This document shows positions 47,260-56,990 of a stretch of 64,000 bases of DNA, piece by piece. Position numbers and translations under genes: made by a program. The stretch spans positions 32,001-96,000 of IMG/VR virus record IMGVR_UViG_3300027804_000001; one strand, written 5' to 3'. The notes beneath the pieces are model-generated. The model saw only the letters and a program-made list of their open reading frames with translations, did no database searches and was not told the DNA's origin. This DNA comes from a virus (taxonomy: Duplodnaviria; Caudoviricetes). How positions within the stretch are numbered: the stretch's first letter is position 1; each line of letters begins with the position of its first letter.

Positions 47260-47285
47260 TGGGGGCCCAATGCCCCCATTTTTTT
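47260..47285 (+). terminator. Intrinsic terminator
   Basis: ATGGGGGC-ccaat-GCCCCCAT plus T tract. Confidence 0.75.
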
Positions 47286-47322
47286 ACACAATTTTTTTTG
47301 AAATATTTATAATAAAAACGAG

Positions 47323-47679
47323 ATGAAAATAGACATAAACCACCCATCATTCGTCAATTTTATTGAGAATGTAATCAGCAACATTACAACTAATGTTCAT
47401 GTTGAGAAGTATTTTAGTTTATCAAAAGAACAAAAACTCAGTGAACAACTAAAGGTTTTTAAAATAATGAATAACTCCTTAAGGAGTGGTATAAAACTTA
47501 ATGAACCTGAATATAAAAGTTTTATAACCGTATTGTGGAAAAGAAGTGAAGAAAATGAAAAATATGAATTATCTGCAATTTTAAAAGATGCAATAGACAA
47601 TTTTGATGGATTATATGATGTTATAAAACCAATAAAAAAGATAACAAGAAAAATAAAGACTAGTAATAACAATGAATAG
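47323..47679 (+). CDS. Hypothetical protein
   Basis: 118 aa; TATTTATA at 47304-47311. Confidence 0.7.
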   Translation: MKIDINHPSFVNFIENVISNITTNVHVEKYFSLSKEQKLSEQLKVFKIMNNSLRSGIKLNEPEYKSFITVLWKRSEENEKYELSAILKDAIDNFDGLYDVIKPIKKITRKIKTSNNNE

Positions 47680-48067
47680 TAAAATCATTGACGTAAAGAC
47701 AAAGAAAAAATTATATAACCTATCAATTAGGTGGTGTAAGGACTTTTTTGGTGTCAATGAAAGAAAAAGAACAAAACTTAAAGTTATCTTTAGTAAAAGA
47801 AGAAGAAAAATAAAAAATTCAATGGTTTTTGGTAACTACTGTTTTTATAGAAATCGTATAACAATTTATTTACCCCATTGTAATACAATTGAAGAAGTTG
47901 TATCAACAACAATACACGAATACACACATTATCTGCAATCGAGATTAAAATACAAACAATACGAACAGTATCATTATTATTCTACACATCCTTATGAAAA
48001 AGAAGCCAGAAGAAACGAAGAAAGATATACACAACTTTGTTTAAAAGAAATTAAGAATTTACTATAA
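47672..48067 (+). CDS. HExxH metallopeptidase-like protein
   Basis: TTIHEYTHYLQ...HPYEKEAR. Confidence 0.65.
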   Translation: MNSKIIDVKTKKKLYNLSIRWCKDFFGVNERKRTKLKVIFSKRRRKIKNSMVFGNYCFYRNRITIYLPHCNTIEEVVSTTIHEYTHYLQSRLKYKQYEQYHYYSTHPYEKEARRNEERYTQLCLKEIKNLL

Positions 48068-48260
48068 TAGCGTCACTAATCTCCCTTAAAAATAACAAAT
48101 AGTCTTCCTCAGATTTATATTTGCCTCTTATTACAATATCACAGTGCCATAACTGTTTAACGTCTGAGACATACTCCGATTTAATTTGATCAGGTTTAAC
48201 TTTTCTATAAATCCAGTATAACTTATTCTGATAATTTACTAATTCCTTATTTAATAACAT
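48051..48260 (-). CDS. Hypothetical protein
   Basis: 69-aa ORF. Confidence 0.65.
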   Translation of the reverse strand: MLLNKELVNYQNKLYWIYRKVKPDQIKSEYVSDVKQLWHCDIVIRGKYKSEEDYLLFLREISDAIIVNS

Positions 48261-48865
48261 TATTTTTTGTGGTCGTTTGGTTCACACAACATTTCTAGTT
48301 GTTCCCATTTAAATTTAGGTTTTTCGTTTAAAAAGACGAAGCATCTCCATTTATTCTGTTTCTCAAAATAAATGTGTTTTTGTAGGTGTGAAGGAATCGC
48401 TGCACCGGTTTGTACCTTTTTAACGGGGGCGTCAAAAAATAACTTTACAAGAACTGTTATATTCTCTTGGTCGTCCCATTTTCTAATCTGTTCTTCTAAT
48501 AATCTCCATTCTCCTCTGTTTAGATATTGATCCTGCATTATACAATTTAGATATGAAAATGTTTGTTTTAAATTTTCCATATTATCTGAAAAAGTTGCGG
48601 CTGGTGCACCATGACCTTTATCATAAATGTTTTTGGCGTAATCATCCGCATCAGATGTTTTAATGTTCTTTTCTGTATAAAAGTCCATTGTACCTCTATT
48701 AACATTTGTAGGACGATTTGTTGACCTATATTTAATCCATAAAGGTTGTTCTAACTTCTGAGAATATAATACCTCAAATACATTATTTTTAACTCTAATT
48801 GTGTCCTGTGAAAATGAAGTAAAGCTTATTAATACCCCAATTAATAATGATAGTGTTTTTTTCAT
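48260..48865 (-). CDS. Secreted DNA/RNA non-specific endonuclease (Endonuclease_NS)
   Basis: Signal peptide; YDKGHGAPAA, TFSYLN...Q...LNRGEWRLLE. Confidence 0.85.
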   Translation of the reverse strand: MKKTLSLLIGVLISFTSFSQDTIRVKNNVFEVLYSQKLEQPLWIKYRSTNRPTNVNRGTMDFYTEKNIKTSDADDYAKNIYDKGHGAPAATFSDNMENLKQTFSYLNCIMQDQYLNRGEWRLLEEQIRKWDDQENITVLVKLFFDAPVKKVQTGAAIPSHLQKHIYFEKQNKWRCFVFLNEKPKFKWEQLEMLCEPNDHKK

Positions 48866-49419
48866 AATTCTATTTTTTTTATATAATTAAATATATCCAA
48901 AGAAGTGTTACCATAAACGTCAAATTCAACAAAAGGTATACTATTAACCAATAATCGTGTTTTAACATCTTTATCAATGTCTTTAGATTCCTGTAGATTT
49001 TGAAATCTCCCGTTTTCATCATAAGTCGTATCATCTCTTCTAAGTAGTATGTTTAAACTGTTATATTTCTTAAATAGTGAAAGTAAAAATTCATCAAAGG
49101 TTTCATCATAAAACATAGACGGGTACTGAGGTTCAGTATTATATCTTGTTTTATACACCATACCCAAAATTATAGGAGAATCAACGATAATATATTTTAC
49201 TTTACCATATAACCGACTTATGTTTCTGTGTTGATTTGCGGTTATGTAAAACTGATCCTTAATTGCTGAATGATTTTCTTCCCATGCAACTATTTTTGGA
49301 AATTCGTATGTCAATTCAACATCAAAATGATGTTTTTTCATAATTGTATATAATCCCGTGGATTGTGTTGACTTACCAATTCCAGGTCCTCCAAAAAAAT
49401 TAATTATTAAACTATCCAT
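48862..49419 (-). CDS. P-loop NTPase/kinase (AAA_28/NadR-like)
   Basis: INFFGGPGIGKST, IIVDSPI. Confidence 0.75.
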   Translation of the reverse strand: MDSLIINFFGGPGIGKSTQSTGLYTIMKKHHFDVELTYEFPKIVAWEENHSAIKDQFYITANQHRNISRLYGKVKYIIVDSPIILGMVYKTRYNTEPQYPSMFYDETFDEFLLSLFKKYNSLNILLRRDDTTYDENGRFQNLQESKDIDKDVKTRLLVNSIPFVEFDVYGNTSLDIFNYIKKIEL

Positions 49420-49641
49420 AATTAATTAATATAGATAAAAAAAGGGAGATTTCATATCTCCCATATAATTCTTTTTAAAACTTTATTTTGTCCCCCGACA
49501 ACAAAAATAAATAAGACATCACCTTACGAAAAGGAATTAAAAATGAATGACTATTTGTCAGTAAAAAAAATATTTGAGTTTTCGGGTCGACCATATTGAA
49601 AAACTTTGAAATTTTATTTTTAACAGAGGTATTTATAACAT

Positions 49642-49941
49642 ATGGAAAACATTTATTCGGTTTTAATTACCGCAATTACTGTATTGGGAGGGACGACCGC
49701 CTTTCGTTTTTACGAAAAAAGAGCAATGCGTAAAGAAAGAGATGATGAATTTATTAGACATGACTGTAAAGACAGAATCTCTAAATTAGAGGCATTGTTA
49801 GTTGAATCCTCAAGAGAAAAGGATGATTTAAGAAAAATGGTTTTAGATTTAACCAAGGAAGTTGCAGCTCTAAGTGTTAAAGTTGAATTCTTAACAAAAG
49901 AAAACGAAGAATTACATAAAAAAAGAAGAACAATCAAGTAA
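49642..49941 (+). CDS. Single-TM coiled-coil protein
   Basis: N-terminal TM then heptads; TATTTATA at 49630-49637. Confidence 0.7.
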   Translation: MENIYSVLITAITVLGGTTAFRFYEKRAMRKERDDEFIRHDCKDRISKLEALLVESSREKDDLRKMVLDLTKEVAALSVKVEFLTKENEELHKKRRTIK

Positions 49942-49942
49942 T

Positions 49943-50296
49943 ATGAAAAAATATATATTCACAGAATCCCAAGTTAGGAAAATCATTGATAATCAAATTT
50001 TAGAACAAACCACAGAAGAGAGGATATTAATAAATGCTGGTTCTGAAGAATTCTTAAACATGAAAAAAATTCAAGGAAAAGATTTAACAGAAAAAATTAA
50101 GAAATATCAAATGTCTATTGGTTGTGATCAAACAGGCCACATGTTGGATAGTATAGAATGTATTAAACAAAAAAACAGAAAAGATTTTATTTTATTGAGG
50201 GATACGATTCGTAAAAACAGGTCCATTTTGGATAAAATTCCTGTCTTTATTGGTAAGTTATTTGGATATAAAGAAGACCCCGAATCAATATTTTAA
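49943..50296 (+). CDS. Hypothetical protein with N-terminal FTExQ motif
   Basis: MKKYIFTESQVRKIIDNQILEQ. Confidence 0.7.
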   Translation: MKKYIFTESQVRKIIDNQILEQTTEERILINAGSEEFLNMKKIQGKDLTEKIKKYQMSIGCDQTGHMLDSIECIKQKNRKDFILLRDTIRKNRSILDKIPVFIGKLFGYKEDPESIF

Positions 50297-50862
50297 GATT
50301 TATTAACACAATTATCAAAAATTGTAATTATATCATCTTTTGATAATATGTTGTAACATTCCGAATAACCTGAAAAAGACTCTAAAACTGGTCGGTATTT
50401 TTTCACCGACCTTTTTTTATTTAATTTTTCTTTGATTTCATCCTCCAACTTTCCTGCTTCAGGAGTATCAATTCTTCTTAATATTGACTCTAAAATATAA
50501 CCCTCATATCCGTAAGCTTTACTGAATCTTCTCATTATAAATCTTTTAGAAGTGATACCAACCTTAACAAATGTTTTACCTGTTAATTCTTCCTTTATCA
50601 ATACCAAATATAATGATTTTGGTATTTTACTTAATTTTTTCTCTTTTTCTTTTGATTTTTTGTTCAGTTTAGATTGGACGTATTCCCTCAGTTTTTCAAT
50701 CGTTTTAAATTCCTTTAAATCTCTATTGGGGTTTATTATAAATTTTTTTAATCTGTCAATATAAATTGTTTTACCGTTATCAGCAATATATTTGACCCCT
50801 TTTGGGGTTTTTTCCTCATAAACTGAGTAGTAACCTATTTTGAATAATAATTTAGATGACAT
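50293..50862 (-). CDS. GIY-YIG / T5orf172-like nuclease-domain protein
   Basis: LYLVLI...FVKVGITS..RF...LEDEI...GYSECY. Confidence 0.55.
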   Translation of the reverse strand: MSSKLLFKIGYYSVYEEKTPKGVKYIADNGKTIYIDRLKKFIINPNRDLKEFKTIEKLREYVQSKLNKKSKEKEKKLSKIPKSLYLVLIKEELTGKTFVKVGITSKRFIMRRFSKAYGYEGYILESILRRIDTPEAGKLEDEIKEKLNKKRSVKKYRPVLESFSGYSECYNILSKDDIITIFDNCVNKS

Positions 50863-50953
50863 ATAATGTTATTTTTTTTATATAACTTTTTTTAAAATAT
50901 TTTGGATATCACTTTTAATATACATACATTTGCATTGAAAATAAATCAAAATC

Positions 50954-51292
50954 ATGGTTAACACTAAGAAATGTTCAGGATGTAAAGAGTCAAAATCAAT
51001 TGGCCAATTTTACAAAAACAAACTAGTATTAGACGGTCATAGTAACTATTGTATCGACTGTACTAAACAAAATGCAAAGAAATATTTCCAAAGAAAAAAG
51101 GAAAAGGTAGCAAAATCAGAAAGTGATAATTTGATGAAAATGGTACTTTTATCTAACTATAATGATGTTGATTCGTCTAATGCGGACAATCTCATGAAGA
51201 TTCTGATGATTGAGAAAATGTGTAAATCTATACTTTTTGAATTGGATGAATTGAAAAAATCATATACAAAGTCAGAAAATTTGGTTTCTTGA
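50954..51292 (+). CDS. Zn-finger protein
   Basis: KKCSGC...QFY...YCIDC; TACATTTG -7 element at 50925-50932. Confidence 0.7.
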   Translation: MVNTKKCSGCKESKSIGQFYKNKLVLDGHSNYCIDCTKQNAKKYFQRKKEKVAKSESDNLMKMVLLSNYNDVDSSNADNLMKILMIEKMCKSILFELDELKKSYTKSENLVS

Positions 51293-51341
51293 TAGTACAG
51301 GATGAGTTTATTTAATATTTATATTAGTTATATTTATTAAT

Positions 51342-53051
51342 ATGAATATTAAAGACATCGTAAAAAGACACCTTATGGAAGCCCAAATGTCAAGGGAAAC
51401 CGAGGCATTTTTGTTGAATAAGTGGAAAGGTGTAACTCCTGAAGCGGTAAAAAAGATTTTCGATTGGTTCGAAAGTGTAAAAAATAGTTTTCCATTAGAA
51501 CCCGAGAACGTAAAAGGTGGACTTTTGAGTTTTATGGGTTGGTTTAACGGAAGCTCACCCAATAGAGAAAAATTCGACCTTAAAAATATTAGAGACATTA
51601 GATCATATTCTCTACCACAAATAAAACGTTTGTGGTCTGAATTTAAGAGTGAACCACTTTTTACGGGAGAAGAGGGTGAAGAGGTTTCACTTTCTGTTGA
51701 TGAGATTTTCTATAAAAATGTAGATGGTTCCGCACCTAGTAGTAATTCAATCGTAAACTATTTTAATAGTCCAAATGCGGTTAATGAAAATGATAAAAAT
51801 AGATTAACGCAACTTTTTGAAAAAAGTAAGGAGCTTTGGTATGGAACTCGTCATTTAATTTTTGAAGATAATGGATTTAGAGTATATAACGTTCCAGACC
51901 AAGCAACATCAATTGCTTTTGGTTGGTATCTTTATTACATAAGATATACATACAATTATAGTGGAAATAACTGGTGTACAACAACTCCAAGTTCAAACAA
52001 CTTCTTTCAAAGTAAAAGAGGAGATAGGTCTTTTTACTTTGTTATAGATGAGTCTAAATTTCCACAATCAAATGATAATCGTAGTAACCCACCTACGGAC
52101 GGCCCAAATTTCTTTTTATCTGCGTTACAGATAATGGCACCGAACAATTATGACCGTGCAAAATATAAAGTAACTGGTATTCATAATCCAGGTGAACCGA
52201 CATTTGACGAGGAAAATTTATTAAGATTATATCCAAAACTTAGACCATTATTAGATACTGATAAATTACAATATGTTCCATGGTCAAAAAATGATCAATT
52301 AGGTGGTGGTAGAAACGTCGACCCAATTTCAAGAATTAATGAAAGAGAAGGTGATGAATTTGAATTCGCAGTTAGACCACCAAATGAAAAACTTGAATAC
52401 ATTAATAGACAAGGGGCCGTTTTAAGAAAGGCAAAGTCGTGGAGAAGTATGACTGAGGCAATGAAAAAACAATATTCATTCGCAACATTGACTAGAGACA
52501 ACATGTATGATAAATTTTCAAACTCTGAATTATTTAAAGCATTAAGTCAAGCAGAAAGAAAAACATTAGATAATAGAATTAACATTGTTAGACCTGAAGA
52601 AGGTGGTATCAAATTAATCATTAAGAATATTATGCAAAATGATTTCTATGTTGATGAGAGACTTTCTTTAGATAAGGATTATATTTCATTATACAAAAGT
52701 AGGTCATCGGGTAAATTTGGTATATACAATTTAAAAGAAGATAATTGGGTTAATTTTGATGGAATCACATTTGATGATGAATACCATCAAATATCCGAGA
52801 GACCTTACAAAACAAATGATGGTAAAAGATTTTTTGCCATCATATACGGTAGAAGTTCCACACCTGATAATAGTTCATTTTATGTTTTACTACCAGTAAT
52901 GGGTAATAAAATCGATGGTTACTTTGTAAGTGCTAAAAAATGGGACGAGTTAAAGGTTCAATTGGTTGGTGAAACTGATCCAGAAAAAACAAATACTGAA
53001 TTTGACCCTGAAACGGGTAACGATATTGAAGAAATGAAAAAGGGAGTATAA
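51342..53051 (+). CDS. Large hypothetical protein with WCT motif domain
   Basis: NNWCTTT....FF......FYFVID. Confidence 0.75.
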   Translation: MNIKDIVKRHLMEAQMSRETEAFLLNKWKGVTPEAVKKIFDWFESVKNSFPLEPENVKGGLLSFMGWFNGSSPNREKFDLKNIRDIRSYSLPQIKRLWSEFKSEPLFTGEEGEEVSLSVDEIFYKNVDGSAPSSNSIVNYFNSPNAVNENDKNRLTQLFEKSKELWYGTRHLIFEDNGFRVYNVPDQATSIAFGWYLYYIRYTYNYSGNNWCTTTPSSNNFFQSKRGDRSFYFVIDESKFPQSNDNRSNPPTDGPNFFLSALQIMAPNNYDRAKYKVTGIHNPGEPTFDEENLLRLYPKLRPLLDTDKLQYVPWSKNDQLGGGRNVDPISRINEREGDEFEFAVRPPNEKLEYINRQGAVLRKAKSWRSMTEAMKKQYSFATLTRDNMYDKFSNSELFKALSQAERKTLDNRINIVRPEEGGIKLIIKNIMQNDFYVDERLSLDKDYISLYKSRSSGKFGIYNLKEDNWVNFDGITFDDEYHQISERPYKTNDGKRFFAIIYGRSSTPDNSSFYVLLPVMGNKIDGYFVSAKKWDELKVQLVGETDPEKTNTEFDPETGNDIEEMKKGV

Positions 53052-53064
53052 ACTCCCTTTTTTT
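53036..53064. terminator. GGGAG..CTCCC hairpin family, copy 3
   Basis: AAAAGGGAG-tataaa-CTCCCTTTT between convergent genes. Confidence 0.75.
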
Positions 53065-53087
53065 ATGACCTTGTGATTTGTTTATTA

Positions 53088-53903
53088 TTAGAATTTTGTT
53101 CCGCAGTGTGGACAGAACTTATGTGTATCTTTTTTTCTTTTTGCACCACACTCTGTGCAATATGTAACTAACTCTTCTCTAACAACCGGTTTAGTTGATT
53201 GAGGTTTAATTTTCCACCAATTTGTTGTCGATGGAAAACTATAAAACGATGAATTATCGTAAGTAAAAACTTGGTCAGATTCTGATCCTTTTTCAACTCT
53301 ACCCGTTTCAACATGTCTTAATGGACTTGTTAATTCTTTTTTAATTCTATTCGAATTGTTAAAAAATGAATTAGTGTTAATAGTACCACTTGTTAATGAT
53401 GCATTATAAAATGTATTCGTACTTGTTGTAGTAAAAGAAGTATTACCTAATGTGTTATGAGTTGTATATGTATACGGTGTATTAGTCCAAACCGGATTGT
53501 TAATGGTTAATGTACCACTACCACTTAAGTAACTTGGTGTAACAATTTCATTATAGAACTTAACTGTAACATCACCATTATTGGCAATAGATTGTTGTAC
53601 ATCCTCATTATTTCCATTTACAACGTATGTTTCAAACAAAAACTTCTTTGCCTCATCAAGATACCTTTCGAGGAAAACGCGTTCACCAGGACGAAGTATA
53701 ATACCACTACCGATGGAATTACCATTCATCTCGATTTTTGCTAAAACTTTATTTTGTGTTGGATTAAAAAGTTCGATTTCGAACTCATCACCGTTTTTAA
53801 GATATACGGTGTCTACGTGCTGTTTTAATCTTTGTTTACCTTTGGTGATAAAAGATTGTGGTACAGCATAACCAATCGTGTTGATTGAAATTCTTCTGTT
53901 CAT
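53088..53903 (-). CDS. Hypothetical protein with C-terminal double Zn-ribbon
   Basis: Probable start MNRRIS; CTECG...FCPHCG. Confidence 0.7.
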   Translation of the reverse strand: MNRRISINTIGYAVPQSFITKGKQRLKQHVDTVYLKNGDEFEIELFNPTQNKVLAKIEMNGNSIGSGIILRPGERVFLERYLDEAKKFLFETYVVNGNNEDVQQSIANNGDVTVKFYNEIVTPSYLSGSGTLTINNPVWTNTPYTYTTHNTLGNTSFTTTSTNTFYNASLTSGTINTNSFFNNSNRIKKELTSPLRHVETGRVEKGSESDQVFTYDNSSFYSFPSTTNWWKIKPQSTKPVVREELVTYCTECGAKRKKDTHKFCPHCGTKF

Positions 53904-54040
53904 TTCCTTATATTTTTTTGTATTTGAACCCGAATTCGTTGGTATCAATTCCAACTCAAATGCCACAAGGACACTTCCGATTCAACCACAAGGTCTATTA
54001 TAAGTATATCGAAGAATTAATAAAATGTAAAGTAAAAACC

Positions 54041-54493
54041 TTATAAAGTGTAAACTGGAACATGAATTGATTCAACAACAACCTCACCGTTCTCGTCATT
54101 ACCTAATTTAACTATTATCTCGTTACCAATTGTAATAACACCTTGGTTTTCTTGTGTTTCTTGTTCAACATTTTCCCAGTTTAATGGAATAGTAATTTCA
54201 ATATCATCCGCATCATCTACCTGTGGAGTAATTGTTAATTCTATTTCAGATGGTCCTTGAATATCGTATAACGAAATATCTTTTATACCCCAACTTCTAT
54301 GTTCTTGGTCAATTAAATATGACAATCTTATATCACCAGCAACGGCCCAATCTATATCATTTCCATTGATTTTTACACCATATGTTTCCACATCTACCGA
54401 AACCACCCTTTCGTATCTATTGTCGTTAATCCCTTCACTAATACGTTTTTTAATCATATTCAATTGATTTTCACTGAGTAATATCTTTTTCAT
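54041..54493 (-). CDS. Hypothetical protein with N-terminal LSExQ motif
   Basis: MKKILLSENQLNMIKKRISE. Confidence 0.75.
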   Translation of the reverse strand: MKKILLSENQLNMIKKRISEGINDNRYERVVSVDVETYGVKINGNDIDWAVAGDIRLSYLIDQEHRSWGIKDISLYDIQGPSEIELTITPQVDDADDIEITIPLNWENVEQETQENQGVITIGNEIIVKLGNDENGEVVVESIHVPVYTL

Positions 54494-54595
54494 TTTTCTA
54501 AATTTGTGATTTATTATAAATACCTGATAAAAATAATAAAAAAATTTGGTATATCCATAAAAATTCCTATCTTTGTGGTCTAAAACGATTTTATC

Positions 54596-54781
54596 ATGGG
54601 TAGAGTATTTGTCTTATTAGTGGTTTTTTTGGTGTTACTCACAAGTTGTTCTGTGGGTAAAAAAACACGTGTAACAAAGACACATATGTGGGAAAACAAA
54701 ATGGTGACAAAGAAAGAATATGATTCATTACTTTATCACCACACATATAAATTTGTACAAAATTACAAGGAAAACAATTAA
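54596..54781 (+). CDS. Small lipoprotein
   Basis: Lipobox LTSC; TATCTTTG at 54568-54575. Confidence 0.65.
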   Translation: MGRVFVLLVVFLVLLTSCSVGKKTRVTKTHMWENKMVTKKEYDSLLYHHTYKFVQNYKENN

Positions 54782-56028
54782 GCCTTAGTTGATTGTATTG
54801 GGTTACCGCATAAATCGGTTGTTAATAATACCGTTTCTTGTGTTGATCCCCTTTTCATACCTGAATTAGGTTCTCCATCATACAAAGGTGTATCAACCTT
54901 CTTATTAATAATTGTTACCCACGGTGTCTCGGCGTGAGTTCCTGTTTTATAGAACATTTTATACTTACCATCTTTTGACACCAATGGTACTATTGTTAAA
55001 ACTATCTTATCAGATGGTGCATTATCAATAATACTCTTAGCCCTGGCCCCGTCTAACACAAACGTTTGAGACCTACTTCCACCTGACAATCCATCGGATT
55101 TTCTACCATATTCTTTAAAAGAATTATTAACCTTTTCCAATTCTTCAATAAAAGGTTCTATTGTTTCATAACCAAGTTTAGAAGCATGATATCTCATATT
55201 TTCTGACCACTGTATTACTGGTGGTTCAGGAATTATTTTTTTCCTTTCTCTTTCTTTATAAACACCTGATGCTAATTGTTTTTCGAAATTATCAACTAAT
55301 TTCTTATGTTGGGCCATTTGTTTTTGATGTCTATTTCTAGCATAATCAACACCCATATCTAACGTGGAGTTATTTAAATTAACAATACCCAACGACACTC
55401 CATTCATTCTAATTTCAAAAATAGCCTCATCACATTCGTGATTTGATTTGTTTTTACCTTTGTAATAACCTACTGTAATCTCAAGACCAACAATACATTC
55501 ATAATTTTTTCTAGCACTAACTACCGCTCTCACAAATTGTTCGGATTTATATTGAGCCATTTTTGTCTTGTCTTTAAGATCATTAGGACCTGAATATGGG
55601 GTTTGACCAATCACTGTTTTTGGTTCAGGTATTTCTGGTAGTTCATTTTGAGATAATGTTTTACCTACCAACGATTTAAAGTAATTTTCCAAGAATACTT
55701 TTAAAGATTGACCTCTTTTTTGAGATAAAACACCCGGTTCTAATGTTACGGATGGATTAACCTCTGTGTCCTTATTTGTTACTTTACTTTCACCCGATTC
55801 AATTTGAATGGTGATTTTACTTCCTTTATGTTGATTTATAAAATTTACGATTTTAACTAATTCATTAGTGATACTTGAGGTTTGCTGTGGGGTTAGTTTC
55901 CATTTACCCATCGACCACATTGCACCAAAATTAACACTAATTGATTCAGTCTTACTCTCGTTCTGTTCTAAAACAACCCCATCTATTAGTTTTTTTATCT
56001 GATTTTCTGTTAAAATTACGGTTCTCAT
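54778..56028 (-). CDS. Hypothetical protein with LTExQ N-terminus and OmpA-C-like segment
   Basis: MRTVILTENQIKKL; LSQKRGQSLKVFL resembles the OmpA LSxxRA motif. Confidence 0.6.
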   Translation of the reverse strand: MRTVILTENQIKKLIDGVVLEQNESKTESISVNFGAMWSMGKWKLTPQQTSSITNELVKIVNFINQHKGSKITIQIESGESKVTNKDTEVNPSVTLEPGVLSQKRGQSLKVFLENYFKSLVGKTLSQNELPEIPEPKTVIGQTPYSGPNDLKDKTKMAQYKSEQFVRAVVSARKNYECIVGLEITVGYYKGKNKSNHECDEAIFEIRMNGVSLGIVNLNNSTLDMGVDYARNRHQKQMAQHKKLVDNFEKQLASGVYKERERKKIIPEPPVIQWSENMRYHASKLGYETIEPFIEELEKVNNSFKEYGRKSDGLSGGSRSQTFVLDGARAKSIIDNAPSDKIVLTIVPLVSKDGKYKMFYKTGTHAETPWVTIINKKVDTPLYDGEPNSGMKRGSTQETVLLTTDLCGNPIQSTKA

Positions 56029-56121
56029 CTATTTTCTAAAATGTTTATATCATATAAATACTTTAATAAAATATATGTGGTATTTATATGTAAATAAACA
56101 TTAATCAAAAATTAACAAAAT

Positions 56122-56964
56122 ATGTTATTGAAATTAGGTTCTGAAGGAGAAGACGTAAAAAAACTCCAAGTAAAATTAGGGGTTGACCCAATTGGTAAAT
56201 TTGGCCCAAAAACCGATACAGCCGTTAAAGCGTGGCAATCAGCAAATGGACTTACTCCTGATGGTGTTGTTGGTCCATCAACATGGGCTAAATTAATGGG
56301 TGAATCTGTAACAAGTACACCTACTGTCATTACTGAACCTGCACCCGTTGCAAATGTTGGTGGGTTAAAATTAGAAAAATTAAAAGGACATGTTCCCGAC
56401 GCGGTAATTGCTCAAATTCCTGATACCGCATCTAAATTTAACATTAACACACCACTAAGACTTGCACATTTCTTAGCACAATGTGGTCATGAAAGTGGAG
56501 GATTCAAAGTAACACAAGAAAATTTAAATTACTCCGCAAAGGGTTTGATGGGTATTTTCAAAAAATATTTCCCAACACAAGCATTGGCTGAATCATATCA
56601 AAGACAACCACAAAAAATAGCAAATAAAGTGTACGCTTCCCGCATGGATAATGGAAATGAAGCTAGTGGTGACGGCTACAAATTTCGTGGCCGCGGATAC
56701 ATTCAATTAACCGGCAGAGCAAACTACACAGCATTTGGTAAGGCAATTAATGAAGACATTGCAAATAATCCTGATGTTGTAAGTGGAAAACACGCATTAT
56801 TATCTGCTGCTTGGTTTTGGTCAAAAAATGGACTGAACACTTTGGCAGACGGAGGTTCAAGTGATCAAGTTGTAACATCAATTACAAAAAGAGTAAACGG
56901 CGGAACAATTGGTTTACCTGATAGAATAAAACACTTCAAAGAATATTATCAATTGTTATCATAA
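56122..56964 (+). CDS. Endolysin: PG-binding domain + glycoside hydrolase family 19
   Basis: GSEGEDVKKLQ..DGVVGPSTW; AHFLAQCGHESGG, FRGRGYIQLTG, SAAWFW, ITKRVNGG. Confidence 0.9.
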   Translation: MLLKLGSEGEDVKKLQVKLGVDPIGKFGPKTDTAVKAWQSANGLTPDGVVGPSTWAKLMGESVTSTPTVITEPAPVANVGGLKLEKLKGHVPDAVIAQIPDTASKFNINTPLRLAHFLAQCGHESGGFKVTQENLNYSAKGLMGIFKKYFPTQALAESYQRQPQKIANKVYASRMDNGNEASGDGYKFRGRGYIQLTGRANYTAFGKAINEDIANNPDVVSGKHALLSAAWFWSKNGLNTLADGGSSDQVVTSITKRVNGGTIGLPDRIKHFKEYYQLLS

Positions 56965-56990
56965 AAAAAGGGAGTTTAAACTCCCTTTTT
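56963..56990. terminator. GGGAG..CTCCC hairpin family, copy 4
   Basis: AAAAAGGGAG-tttaaa-CTCCCTTTTT. Confidence 0.75.
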
